Shown here piece by piece: positions 1 to 11,756 of a stretch of DNA of 64,000 bases. The stretch spans positions 124,310,001 through 124,374,000 of the forward strand of contig OZ024740.1 in assembly GCA_964016885.1 (NCBI GenBank), read 5' to 3'. The stretch comes from Eledone cirrhosa (taxonomy: Eukaryota). Below the pieces are notes generated by a model. The model was given only the letters and a program-made list of their open reading frames with translations. It was not told the origin of the DNA and made no database searches. How positions within the stretch are numbered: the stretch's first letter is position 1; each line of letters begins with the position of its first letter. The position numbers and the translations under genes were made by a program.

Positions 1-326
1 TCAGTTGTAAAGGCTATCTCTCTCTCTCTATCACCCATCTCTCCTCCTCTCTCACCCTTCCTTCTTATATTCCTCCACCACCATCCTTTACTCTCATCTA
101 TTCTCTTCCTTACTCCCTCCCCCTCACTTTTTCGCAATCTCATACATCAATCTTAATCAATTTTTCATATGTTGATTTAAAACTTCACTATTCAGAAGTA
201 TTTTTTAAGCTTCATATCATGTCTCCCTCTTTTATCTGATGAGAACGCATATATCATCCCATGATGATATTTGTTTTTGAAATGCGCATAATAAAATACT
301 TGGAACTCTTTTAACCATCTTTTGAT

Positions 327-329
<3 letters not shown>
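1..329 (+). mobile_element. 3' end (pLTR) of a Penelope-like element running off the window start
   Basis: Pyrimidine-rich 3' UTR-like DNA, then a hammerhead motif at 230-296, ending directly at a (TA)n tract. This is the same layout as the other PLE ends in the window. Confidence 0.6.
230..296 (+). ncRNA. Type I hammerhead ribozyme (intact core)
   Basis: ttttat-CTGATGA-[stem II gaac..atatcat/atgatat..gttt]-GAAA-tgcgca-TA-ataaaa. Stem I is ttttat/ataaaa, stem III is palindromic, and the cleavage triplet is AUA. Confidence 0.85.
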
Positions 330-390
<61 letters not shown>

Positions 391-411
391 CAATGTATGC
401 ATGTATGTGTT

Positions 412-450
<39 letters not shown>

Positions 451-684
451 CGAAGGAGTTGTGGTAAGGAACCAGATTGACCATAACGCACCAGAGTACT
501 CAATACTTAGGGTAGTAGAGTGGGTAATTGGAAAATGATTGACCCCGACGGCAGAGCTCAAGCCGTTTCGACGGCTATTTCTGGAAATAGCCGTCGAAAC
601 AGCTTAACCTGTGCCGTCGGGGGTCAATCATTTTCCTATATATATATATATATATATATAGATATGTATATTTGTATATATATA

Positions 685-767
<83 letters not shown>

Positions 768-1038
768 TATATATGTATATATATATATGTATATATGTGT
801 GTGTGTGTGTGTACGTGTGTATATGTATATATATGTATGTATATGTGTATATATGCATATATTCGTGTATATTTGTATATGCATGTATGTTTATATGTAT
901 ATATATGTATGTTTTTGTATATATGTGTATGTTTGTATATATGTATGTATATACATATGCATATATGTCTTTTATATATGTATGCGTGTGTATATGTATA
1001 TATATATATGTGTATGTATGCGTGTATATGTATGTGTG
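329..1038. repeat. (TA)n / (TG,TA) microsatellite complex interrupted by the 448-636 element
   Basis: Dinucleotide runs seen directly; they generate the YI/YV-repeat ORFs. Confidence 0.95.
448..636 (-). mobile_element. Short fold-back PLE-type element carrying the 3' half of a hammerhead (copy 1)
   Basis: Near-perfect palindrome at 530-636 plus a unique tail at 448-529. The minus strand reads GAAA-cggc..gccg-TC-ggggtc. Homologous copies at 40940-41138 and 27312-27378. Flanked by (TA)n. Confidence 0.75.
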
Positions 1039-1039
1039 C

Positions 1040-1095
1040 CATCATCATCATCATCATCATCATCGTTCAACGTCTAACTTCCACGCTAGCATGGA
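1040..1095 (-). mobile_element. RTE LINE/SINE 3' tail fragment
   Basis: (CAT)n followed by cgttcaacgtc..ttccacgctagcatgg, matching the 3' end of the RTE copies at about 27130-27190 and 30582-30640. Confidence 0.7.
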
Positions 1096-2579
1096 AATAA
1101 GGCCCTCATCTTAGCTAGATTTAACACTAGTTTAACTAAAGAAAAAATAGATATAATGTTTGCAGCGCGGAAAACTATTGTTGATTTGGAGGCTTCTTAC
1201 TGGACCAGAACCAACCGTCCTGAAAACTTTGATATCACGATGGGGTCAAGTGACTCGGCGAAGGCAACTTATCTGGTCGGAATTTACCTTCTGCATAAGC
1301 TTAGAGATGAGATCCCTGTACTACAAGGAGACGTAAAAACCTTAGGATAGAAAACCTTAATAAACCTATACACAAGTTCTTTAAATCGTACGTCTTCTCT
1401 GTAACTGTCGACCACAATCATCATATAGTTAACTTCTTAGATGTTACCTTAGAATTAGGTACTGGTTTATACAGACCTTACCATAAACCAGGTAAAGTTC
1501 TATCTTACAACAATTATGCTTCTAACCACCCTAAATCTACGCTCAACTCTATTGTGTATAGCGTCTCGCATAGGATCTCTAGGCTTTCTGCTAATGAAGA
1601 CCTCTTCAACCAAACTGCTGATTATTATAACAAGGCATTGGCTGATTCAGCAAAATTTCATACCTCCATGATGCAGGCTCTATAAAGCCCCCCTCGTGTA
1701 GGACTAGTGTTATAGCGAGCCATACCTATAACCAACGCGACAGCGGTCCAAATAGCGTAAAAAATATTAGAAGAGATAATAGAGCCACTAGCTCCGGCCC
1801 GCATCATAACTATAAAGCTAGCGGGAAGGGCGTATTACCACACCCACACCATCATAGTCCGGCTAATAGCAGCAACTACAGCCTACTTGAATTATTCCCC
1901 GCTTAGAGGCTTAATAAAGGTAATGGTTTATTACCTACACCTTCTAACCCGCCTAGGGTAACTCGGAACCGCCGTACAGGGACAGTCTGTGCACTCATAC
2001 ATAATGCCAACAGAACACGCATTATACAGCAGCTCTATAGCCCCGATAAGGACAGCCACCTTGGCAACAACGCCCATAGAACTACGCGTAACCTCCACCG
2101 TAATGTCCTATGTTTCCACGCCCCCTACTCTCGGAGTGTGGCCTCCAATTTACCCAGAATCTTCTTCGACGGCTTAGAGAACTTTCCACCTAACCACAGA
2201 TACAGAAATGTCCTCAATAAGAATAACGTAAAAATCTCCTATTCTACTACACCTAATCTAGCTGACCTCATAGCAATAAGTAACCACAACAAGCTCACTA
2301 GTATACAACATTCTAGTAATGAGAATTTTAAGGAATATGACAACTCAGTTAACCTTAGCAATTCTTTCGTCCCGAATGATAATGATGGTAGTAACCAGGT
2401 TAGGTATCATAGTATTAGCAGCGGTTTACACAATAGCACCACACTAGAAAATAACTGCTGCTGCACCAGTAGTGAGACTGACGACAGGGTTAGTAACCTC
2501 AACAGCTCTAACAACGGCTGTAGAAGACGCTATAACATAAGAGGTGGGCATGGCACCACTTCGCGTGTTTGTAGCTATA

Positions 2580-2770
2580 ATAATTGTTTCTACTTTAGGC
2601 ACAAGGCCAGCAATTACCCAGTGCATTACTGGTACTTTATTTTATCGACCCCGTAAGGATGAAAGGCAAAGTCAACCTCGGCGGGATTTGAACTCAGATC
2701 GTAAAGGGACGTAACTATGCTGGAAAGCATGGCGTCCGACCCTCTACCAATACTGCCAATACCAACTACA
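2580..2770 (-). mobile_element. tRNA-derived SINE nested inside the Hydra-like element
   Basis: Minus strand has A-box-like tggcagtattggtagag, B-box gagttcaaatccc, and core gcctttcatccttacggggtcgataaaataaagtaccag. Related copies near 19195, 47690, 56915 and 63625. Confidence 0.8.
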
Positions 2771-3929
2771 ATAATAGTAGCTATGGTGATGATGATAATA
2801 ATAATATTACGATTAATACCACCACCTACCACTTTAGAGGTGACCGTAATAAACATTGCAATTGTCGTAACGCCGCAAACTGTCCACTCCGAGGCTACTG
2901 CCTGTCTAAAAACGTTATCTATAGATGTACGGTTACTAGTCATAATAGTGTTAAGTCTTACATAGGAGCTACCCCCGGGGCGTTTAAGAACAGATTTCGA
3001 GCACATCTTCACTCTTTTAGGAATAAGGAGCTTAGATACTCTACCTCCCTCGCTAACTATATCACCCAGTTAAATGACACTAACATTAGCTTCACCACTC
3101 ATTGGGAAATTGTGAAAGAAGCAACACCATACAATTCTTTAAAAAGCTGCCAACTTTGCCTAATGGAACTATACTATATAGTGCAAGCACCCCAGGACTT
3201 CATGAATAGTTGCGCTGAAACTGCCATCAATTGCGTCCATAGACTACAACAATCTTTTTATTGACGGACCCCAACAAGCACATATCCACCATAACACCTG
3301 AGGCTCTCAACACCACACCCTGGCCGGACTTACGGGCGGTGGACTTACGATTACACAACTTGGAACAACACCATCATCCACCCTCTGTTATCCCTCCGGG
3401 AAGCTGCACTGCATATATTCAGCCGGGCTTACCCCGCTATATTCTTCCACACTGCCAAACATATCTTTCCGTAATTTTACAGAGCCGCCGCTTATACCCA
3501 AGCAACTTCTTAGACAACTGATTATATAATTATACAAATTCCATCTAAAGTAACTTTACCTTTCTAGGTCTTCAAACTCACACCAAACTTGTCACTTTGC
3601 ACTAGTTAAACTTGTGTATAGTCTTAAATGACTTTACTAATAATTTATACTCAAACTCACACCTTTACAACCCCTCATTGCATTGAGTCGACTAACCCTT
3701 CTTACGTTAACTCCCTTTAAATAATTAATAAAATTTCTTACTATGCCGGTAGCGTTCATTAGTTTGACAAGTAACATTCCACCAGCACCGGTAATTACCT
3801 CCCTTAGCATACAAACATCTTTCTACCATTTGTCTATACTTAAAAACGTATATGTAATATGCATTCTGATGTTAAAGTATTATTCTACCCGTATAGGGTA
3901 TTTAATTAAAAAGTTTGCCTTAGTATCTG

Positions 3930-3968
3930 CCTCATACAAGCCCCATTGGGCGAAACATATGTAAGAGC
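3930..3968 (+). ncRNA. Decayed minimal hammerhead in the 3' pLTR
   Basis: gccc-catt-gggc-GAAA-catatg-TA-agag is intact, but the CTGANGA box reads CATACAA. Confidence 0.5.
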
Positions 3969-4018
3969 TTTATAAAGATATGTTTTAACGGCTTGTAACT
4001 CTTTCATTAATCATTTTG

Positions 4019-4102
<84 letters not shown>

Positions 4103-4122
4103 TTATTAAAATAACAGATTAA

Positions 4123-4173
4123 AGTTTAAACAAAGAATCGCTGCTTTCACCCTTAACGGGATCTTCTGAAACT
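4123..4173 (-). ncRNA. Type I hammerhead, U4A core variant
   Basis: Minus strand: agttt-CAGAAGA-t-ccc gttaa ggg-t-GAAA-gca..tgt-TT-aaact. Confidence 0.6.
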
Positions 4174-5720
4174 AACAAAGTCAATCTGTAAACGCAGAAG
4201 TGGATATTTCAAAAAACGTTGAAACCGGAGGAAGACAGGAATATTATTTGGTGGGTTATACCAACAAATGCGACGGGATCTATTTCTTCTAGGTTTATTT
4301 TCGTACTCTGTATATGCTACCTTATTGACAAATCCACTACGAGCAAGAGCTTCATTGTAATAAGTGGAATGGTCGTTAAAAATATTCTCGTTAGTAGATA
4401 GACGGGAAAGCCTCAACCAAACGTTTCTTACCAGGTTCTTGGTTATGCTGGCAGAATGGTTGGAATGCTTACTTATGTAATTAAGCGTATCATTCGGCTT
4501 TCTATACGGGTAATACAACCCATTCGATAAATTGAGGGTAACGTCGAGGTAATTAACGACCGAGAGATTGGCCTCAACCTGTATAGAGAGGTTGAAGCCT
4601 TTAAAGAAGGCTGTGAGTTCTTTTCTGAACCTGTCGCAAGCACGAGGTCCGCAATTAGTCATGGTCAAAAGACCATCATCACGGTACAAACCACCGCCCG
4701 CGTTGGGGAATTCGTCCTTGATAGAGAAAAGAAGGAAAAGGCCGATAAGATCAGTAACCTCCGCAGAATCGCTGGCGCCCATACTCACGTCGAATGGGGT
4801 ACTATTGGATTGTTTAATCGAAATAGAGTCGTCGAAATTAATCACCGACTTACGGGCATTGAGGATGACATCAACTTTGAAATCCTTAACCACTGTGAGT
4901 GTTTTAGCGGAATTGATAGCTCTAAGGAGAAGTGGTAAAGTGATGGAGGAGTAGTAATTGTTGAAGTCGAATTGGATAAAACGGCAATGTACCTTGTTGC
5001 ATATGCCGTTGAACCAATCAATCACCGTGAAAGAATTGTTCCACAGTGCAAGAGGGGCCAAACTTCTAATTTCAGGTATAATTCTATCAAGAATCGTTTT
5101 ACTAAGTCTACCAAAATCGGACTTCGTAGGGTTAATAAGCCGAATAGAGGGGTTGTTCGGAAAATTGGATTTGTGATCCTTCAGGGTAAAGTGGGGAGAA
5201 ATAGGGTCCAGAGGTTCGGTCCGGTCCAGGATGTTGAGATCAGAGGTGATTTTAAACCCAGCATCGTTGATTTCATTGATGACGCACCTATTAGTTTTAC
5301 GGTATTCCTTAGTTACAGCATTATGTAGTAGTTGATGGTAAGTACTGCGCTCCACTTGATATAGGTTGCCAGTTTTGTCGGAATGGACGTGCACGGCATT
5401 AGAATCCTTAATAGAACGAATTATATTCTTCAGGTCTTGCTGAAAGGAATTGTTCCTATTCCGAAATTTGATACTCCGTATGAGTTCCAAGACATCATTT
5501 TCGAAGGGTAGCAATGCTGGGTTACACGGGGGTTATTATAGGTTTTAAACCCAAATTTATCCTGTTTGTTGTCTGCTTTTCGCGGATTATCGAAATAAAA
5601 GGCACGCCAACGCAACCTTTTAATGGACGCGTCTGTTTTCTGTATCAGGAGTTTTAAGTATGTTTTCCTGCTTGTTACAGGTATGTTCTTTGTAGAAATA
5701 TTCAGATGTTGTTTCTGCAT
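4153..5720 (-). pseudogene. Hydra-type PLE reverse transcriptase (one frameshift near 5515-5530; truncated after RRICWYNPP)
   Basis: Motifs SDKTGNLY, TLKDHKSNF..RLINPTKSDFG, FIQFDFNNYYSSI, FDVSMGASDSAEVTDLIGLFLL, GLYRDDGL, VNYLDVTLNL and SNHSASI. Confidence 0.9.
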
Positions 5721-5874
5721 GATGAATATAAGTCAATAGAGTGCTCAACCGATGGAAACAAATAGTAATAATAATAAATTTGAAGACTAAAATCCAAAGA
5801 GGGCTCGATAAGGATAAATATATATCAAATATATAAGACCCGTAGAGCAAATATTTATTAAAATAACAGATTAA

Positions 5875-5925
5875 AGTTTAAGCAAAGAATCGCTGCTTTC
5901 ACCCTTAACGGGATCTTTTGAAACT
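5875..5925 (-). ncRNA. Second hammerhead copy in the 5' pLTR (core mutated to CAAAAGA)
   Basis: Direct-repeat partner of 4123-4173. Confidence 0.5.
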
Positions 5926-6120
5926 AACAAAGTCAATCTGTAAACGCAGAAGTAGATATTTCAAAAAACGTTGCAACCGGAGGAAGACAGGAAGACGATA
6001 CTTTGGTTCGTGGAAACGTTCCCTGGCAAAGAACGGGAAAAAACGAATATAATACGTCATTAATAGGAGCGGTGAAAAACAATTGCACGCAAAGACAGAA
6101 CCACGTTTATGGTATAAATA

Positions 6121-7809
6121 AGTCGGCCGTTGATATACTGATGGAACACGTTCAATCTACCTACCTAAACTGCTTCGGGATCACCCTCACTGACATCCAC
6201 CAGCTCCTATCCGTCGTCGTTGACTACACGTATTTCGGTTTCCTCGACCAAACATACCGGCAAGCCTCAGGGCTGCCCATGGGCTCAAGCCTGTCGGGTG
6301 TGCTAGCGATCTCATACATGGACAGCCTCGAGCGCCAGGCACTCAACACCTGCCAACCCAACGCCGTCGCCTTCTTCTCAAGGTACGTGTATGACATCCT
6401 CATCCTCACATCTTCCCAGGAGATGGCGAGCGGAACTTATGAGGCGTTCAACAACACGGACGAGAATATTGATTTCAGTGTTGAACACCCCAACGACGAC
6501 GGGTCCCTTGCCCTCCGAATCAACATCACGGAGCAGGGAGGGATCCACACCAACTTCTACCGCAAGGCAGCCTGCAGGGACTTGTTCGTCCACTACAAGT
6601 CTGCCCTCCCTAACAGTGCTAAAAGAGGGTACATCACGAACGAGATCACGCGAATTAAATACAGATGTAGCGATGCTGTGAGTGGTGTCATCCATATCAA
6701 GCTGTTCCTCAGGGTGCTGGAGACGAAAGGATATCAAGCCTCGCTTACAAACAGTGTAAGAGACACCAGACGCAAGAGGCAGAGAAACACCCACGGCAAG
6801 TGCTTCCTTAAAATCCCGCACCTGGGCGAGAAAACCACCAACGCTATCCGCAGGGCTATACGGAGAGAGGGCCTCGACATCCACCTGGCCCACAGGACCC
6901 CTCCCCATGGAGATTCCTCTCCAGGAAACCCGGGAAATCGACTGATGCGTGTTCCCTCAGAAACTGTCCTATGCGCAAAACGAACTTGTTGCTTACGAAC
7001 ATACGTTGTATACAGGGTAGAATGTGACTAGTGCAACCACTACTATATCGGTAGCACAATCCGGCTGCTACATATCCGGATCAAGGAGCACATCAACACC
7101 AGGGCCTCGTCTTTCCGGAAACACAACCAAATGTGGAAACAAAGACGGAAGGCCTATTGTCACAGTGCTAGCGACAGAACGCAACGTTGGCATGTTACTA
7201 ATCAAGGAAGCACTTTGGATCAAACGCATAGGATCACAAATAAATAACCGATCTGAGAGAAGCAAGAGGAGGTGGCTGGTGTAAAAAAAAACAGACAACA
7301 GCACACGCACACAGTGGCATTCGAACGATTGTTATTGTGTGTAGAGCGCCCCCACCATCCATCGACCAACAAGCGACCAGGCAGATTACTACACTGCCAG
7401 TAACAATGACTGAATATAGGTAGTATAATGGATTGACAGCTAGCATCATCCCACTCCCACAATAAAGAGGAACTGCCTCGACCTTTGCTTGACCGCACCT
7501 ATTCCGTGCGCTCTACAGAATATCTCAGCTACACATAAACGGCGGAAAACCGTTCCTCTCCGACAGATAATTTCCCGCTCGGAACCCCCCCCCCCAGTTG
7601 ATGGATGCGAAACCCGAAATATAGGGACAATTAAATCTCTCCCAAGGTAACTCTATCTCGTGTTATTGTTTTATTTTTACGCTCTTTCCTACGTTCCTCT
7701 ACACACTATAAATCTCATTCTACATTTCTTCTTACATCTCTCTCTTCACCACCGGATTCTGTTACCCGGAGATTTACCCATCTGCATTGTTGAGGCTTCC
7801 AAAACGACC

Positions 7810-7812
<3 letters not shown>
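6121..7812 (+). mobile_element. Penelope/Poseidon-like PLE, 5'-truncated (RT 3' part plus GIY-YIG plus 3' UTR)
   Basis: YRQASGLPMGSSLSGVLAISYM, FFSRYVYDIL (YVDD mutated), FYRK..FVHYKSALP; GIY-YIG VVYRVECD*CNHYYIGSTIRLLHIRIKEHIN; IKEALWI. A decayed hammerhead-like motif lies at about 7592-7626. Ends at (CA)n(TA)n. Confidence 0.85.
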
Positions 7813-7872
<60 letters not shown>

Positions 7873-7874
<2 letters not shown>

Positions 7875-10037
7875 CACTCAGAATCTCTAACCTTTCATCA
7901 AATCAGGATGTATTCGATAAAAACGCGCCCTTTTTTAATGAAGCTTTATCTAGAAGCGGCCACAAAAACAAATTAGTCTACATACCTTGCACAAATAATA
8001 TTTCAAACATACAACCTAATATTACCAGCAAACACCAAATGAAAAACCCACACCTAAATGCCACTCATACTACATATAAAAACACCAACCCAAAACTTAA
8101 TTTCTCTACCACTTCTCACATAAAATATGACTTTCAAAAAACCATTCACCCTAATACTCCAACATATGTTAACAACATAACTAACAAAATTCCTAGTAAT
8201 CAGACTAAAACACCTAAATCAGTTAATCTAACTAAACATATATATAATAAAATCACTAATAGTAACTCTCTTAGTAAACCTCTTGATACATCGTATAAAT
8301 ATAAGAAACAATCTCGAAACCGTAATAGACGGGTTACTTAGTATAATGCTCCATTTAATGTACAAATTAAAGACCATAACCCTAAAAATTTCTTTGCTAT
8401 CCTAGAGAAAAATTTCCCACCAAAACATAAATACCATCAAATTTTGAATAGATCTACTGTCAAATTTTCCTACTCCACTACCAAAAATATATAACAGAAT
8501 ATAAGTGCGTACAACGCATATAAATGTAAAAAAAACACATAAATATACCACCAACACATCAAACCAACCATAATATTACTAAAATAAGCCATAACAAACC
8601 ACCACCTCCTTCACCTATAACAGGTCCTGTAAACTCCACACCAGTTTTGACTAACTCCCCTGATATAATATTTACGAATGGTTGTAACTGTAGCATCAAA
8701 AGAAATTGCACATTGAAGGGAAATTGTCTTATTAATATCATAGTCTATAAATGTAAAATTAGCAATAAGGACTCCACTCATTCATATATAGGAGCTACGT
8801 CTAACCAATTTAAAGTAAGATTTAATACCCACAAACATAGTTTTTAAAATGCCGCATTAGCTAATACAACATCCTTGGCCGAAGCAATTAATAATTATAG
8901 AAAGAAGAACATGGATTACAACCTGACCTGGAGCGTGCTCAAAAGGGTCACCCCTTATCAAAATAGCAGATACGAGTGTAGGTTGTGTTCCCAAGAACTT
9001 TTTGAAATCATGAAATCTAAGGATATCCTATTAAATAAGCGACAGGAATTAATTATATCTTGCAATCATAGAATTAGAAAAACCTTCAAATATTATAAAC
9101 TTAATTAATATATACCTTACTCTTATATTTTACAAATTATTATAATTGATTTTTTAAATTTAGTTAACCTATAATTAGCATTTTATTACAGAGAATTTCA
9201 TAATGTTATTTCCCTCTTACAGCTCTCTTTTCCTAAAGTTATTTTTAACCTCACTACTTCCTTTAATCGCATCCCCTATTTATCACATTTAATACCTATG
9301 ATTATTAAATATAATTAATATCTTTAATATAATCAATGTCCGTATATATACAATACTCTTTATAAATTGTTTTATCTATTTCAGTTTTTCCATATATATA
9401 TTTTTTATTGCTTTAAATTTTTACTTCTTTATTTATCACATTCATATGAATTAATATAATTTTATCCCTGTAAGTATACCTATCAATTAATTAATTTCCT
9501 GTTATGTATCTAGATTCCTTGTAGTTTAAATAAGATTGGTATTTCTCACTAATACCCTTATCCGAAAATTTTATTTTCCTTCGTTTTTAACAACATTCTT
9601 TAATAACATCAAATTTTCGTGTACCCTTCACTATCTTCTTGACTTGACCTCATTTCAACCCCCATCTTTCTCCTCCCCATAGAATTCTTTTCATTCAAGC
9701 ATAAATCTGCACTCCTCCACTCCTAGATTTAATTTCTACTACTGCTATTCTATCAACTTGACCTCTAACTCCTTTCTATTGGTCAATTCAAAACATGTTC
9801 ATAAACATACTTTTTATATTAATTCTTTGTTTTTGTCAATAAACACATCTCATCATTTCTGACAACGGCATGTATATGTAAAGGTATGTATATTTCCTCT
9901 GATAATTTGTAATATTTTTACATAGATCTTAAACATGATATACATACCAACAAACATATACATCCCAGAAACGATCGTAAAATGGTGAATTTTTTTAATA
10001 TAAGGAACTTGTTCTTTGCTTTTATTTCATTGTTTTT
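7873..10037 (+). mobile_element. Hydra-like PLE 3' fragment (thumb, GIY-YIG, long 3' UTR with hammerhead) between (TA)n tracts
   Basis: SLRISNLSSNQDVF..NEALSRSG, RNRRVT*YNAPFN, GCNCSIKRNCTLKGNCLINIIVYKC..YIGATSNQFKVRFNTHKHSF, and WSVL..CRLCSQE..LLNKRQELIISCNH, with several stops. Confidence 0.85.
9851..9987 (+). ncRNA. Type I hammerhead with about 100-nt stem II (core CTGACAA)
   Basis: catcattt-CTGACAA-..atgtatatgt....acatatacat..-GAAA-cgatcg-TA-aaatggtg. G8 is changed to A. Confidence 0.7.
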
Positions 10038-10079
10038 ATATATATATATTAAAAAATTCATCATTTTACGATCGTTTCT

Positions 10080-10520
10080 GACGTCACTCTCAACTTAAAT
10101 ACGATAGTTTTAGACGTCACTCTCAACTTAAATACTTCCCTCTTTTACCCGTACCACAAACTTAACGAGTTCACAGATATATAAATGTTAATTTGAACCA
10201 CCCCCAAAACATCACAGATAACTTAGTTAAAAGTATCTCACTCAGAATCCCCGGTATCCCTGCCAATGAAAACATCTTCAGCGCCTCTGCCTCTTACTAC
10301 AACGACGCCCTCACCCGCGGCGGATTTAATGAAAAGATTACTTATCTAGAAATCACCCCAAAACTACCTAGGAGAAATAGGCATAGGCAAACTAGTTTGT
10401 ACAACCCCCGCTTCAATAGAGAGGTTTCTACACCTATAGCTAGGACATTCTTCAAATTGCTGAATATACACTTCCTAAAAAATATACACTGGCTAAAAAC
10501 ACTGGCTAAAAAATAAAAGA
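10080..10520 (+). pseudogene. Hydra-like RT thumb fragment
   Basis: LDVTLNLN..YPYHK, NHPQNITDNLVKSISLRI..YYNDALTRGGF..RRNRHRQTSLYNPRFN. A 23-bp tandem duplication lies at its start (10080-10102/10114-10136). Confidence 0.75.
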
Positions 10521-10984
10521 AAATGTCACTCGACAAACTATCCCCTCCACCACCATTCCACTCTACCCCAACCCCCAACCCGACCTGCCTCACGGCACTA
10601 TGGTTATGTAAGTGCCTCTTACCTATCTGCTTTTTACATTTGTATAACAAACCTCAATATATGTACATGTGTTTGTGTATGTATATATATATATGTGTAT
10701 ATATGTATATATGTATGTATATGTATATATATATATATATATATATAATATATTTAGAAACACACAGATACATGCGGACACACATATATACATGAATGCA
10801 TCCGCACCCAACCGTGAGTTAAGGGTGCCAACTTCACCGATGTTGCTCAATGAATGACTGGGACAGACCAATCCGGTTGAACTAGACTGAACCAGTATCA
10901 GAGTTAAAAATACATTATGAAGAGAGAAGAAACATTTAGATATAATTAGTAATAAAATGTATCATACCTAAACTGCTCCTAGAT

Positions 10985-11074
10985 ACCTCGACTACGTAGT
11001 TTCGTGGCATAAACAAAAACAATACATCATAAAGATATAGAGTCCTTGCGAGGTCTGCCGACTTATCAAGAGGA
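10985..11074 (-). ncRNA. Inverted copy of the U3-A8 hammerhead
   Basis: Reverse complement of 11667-11756 with the same TTGATAA core. Confidence 0.7.
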
Positions 11075-11666
11075 TACCTCATTTTACTAGTCTCAAGAAC
11101 GCGTCTACACGACGCGAGAAAGAATCCCAAAAGGCGGAGGGGGAGATAGTCACGCGATATAACGGTCTAGAAACAGAGCTAAGCCTCTTATAACCCCGAA
11201 GAAAATACCACGGAGGCGGAGGGGGTATTTATATCGAAGCCGTAGAAGAGGTGGTGAAGGGGGCGAGAGGTATGAGTAATGGAAGCTTTCCAGCGGTCCC
11301 CACACTTCAAAGATTGCTCGACCAGAGGGAGTTATTAACAATATATTTAGAAACACACAGATACATGTGTCCGCATGTATCTGTGTGTTTCTAAATATAT
11401 TGTTAATAACTCCCTCTGGTCGAGCAATCTTTGAAGTGTGGGGACTGCTGGAAAGCTTCCATTACTCATACTTCTCGCCTCCTTCACCACCTCTTCTACG
11501 GCTTCGATATAAATACCCCCTCCGCCTCCGTGGTATTTTCTTCGGGGTTATAAGAGGCTTAGCTCTGTTTCTCGACCGTTATATCGCGTGACTATCTCCC
11601 CCTCCGCCTTTTGGGATTCTTTCTCGCGTCGTGTAGACGCGTTCTTGAGACTAGTAAAATGAGGTA

Positions 11667-11756
11667 TCCTCTTGATAAGTCGGCAGACCTCGCAAGGACT
11701 CTATATCTTTATGATGTATTGTTTTTGTTTATGCCACGAAACTACGTAGTCGAGGA
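11667..11756 (+). ncRNA. Type I hammerhead with compensatory U3-A8 core
   Basis: tcctc-TTGATAA-gtcggca....tgccac-GAAA-ctacgtag-TC-gagga; GUC cleavage triplet. Confidence 0.75.

Larger units (their letters stand above)
1096..4022 (+). mobile_element. Hydra-like Penelope-like retroelement, 5'-truncated and decayed (RT 3' part plus C-terminal GIY-YIG)
   Basis: RT motif FDITMGSSDSAK..LVGIYLL (1156-1350), VNFLDVTL, and NFPPNHRYRNVLNKNNVKISYSTTPNL. The GIY-YIG region at 2851-3260 reads HCNCRNAANCPLRGYCLSKNVIYRCTV..YIGAT..FKNRFRAHLHSF..STSLANYI..WEIV..CQLCLME. Ends at (TA)n. Confidence 0.85.
4101..6120 (-). mobile_element. Hydra-like PLE with direct terminal repeats, RT present but GIY-YIG absent
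   Basis: Direct repeat 4101-4241 = 5853-5993. ORF start MQKQHLNISTKNIP..IKRLRWRAFYF (5720), then RT. Left end abuts (TA)n. Confidence 0.9.

Noticed and set aside
192-1114. ORFs rich in YI/YV/HT repeats (also near 11.9-12.4, 15.5, 37, 40 and 49.7-51.2 kb)
   Set aside because: They are translations of dinucleotide microsatellites, which lack stop codons; not genes.
2650-2760. tRNA-like A/B boxes
   Set aside because: These are SINE heads with no complete cloverleaf; not tRNA genes.
7027-7032. In-frame stop at CD*C in the GIY-YIG, considered as possible selenocysteine recoding
   Set aside because: In the GIY-YIG frame the codon is TAG, not TGA, and it is not at a Cys position; simple decay.
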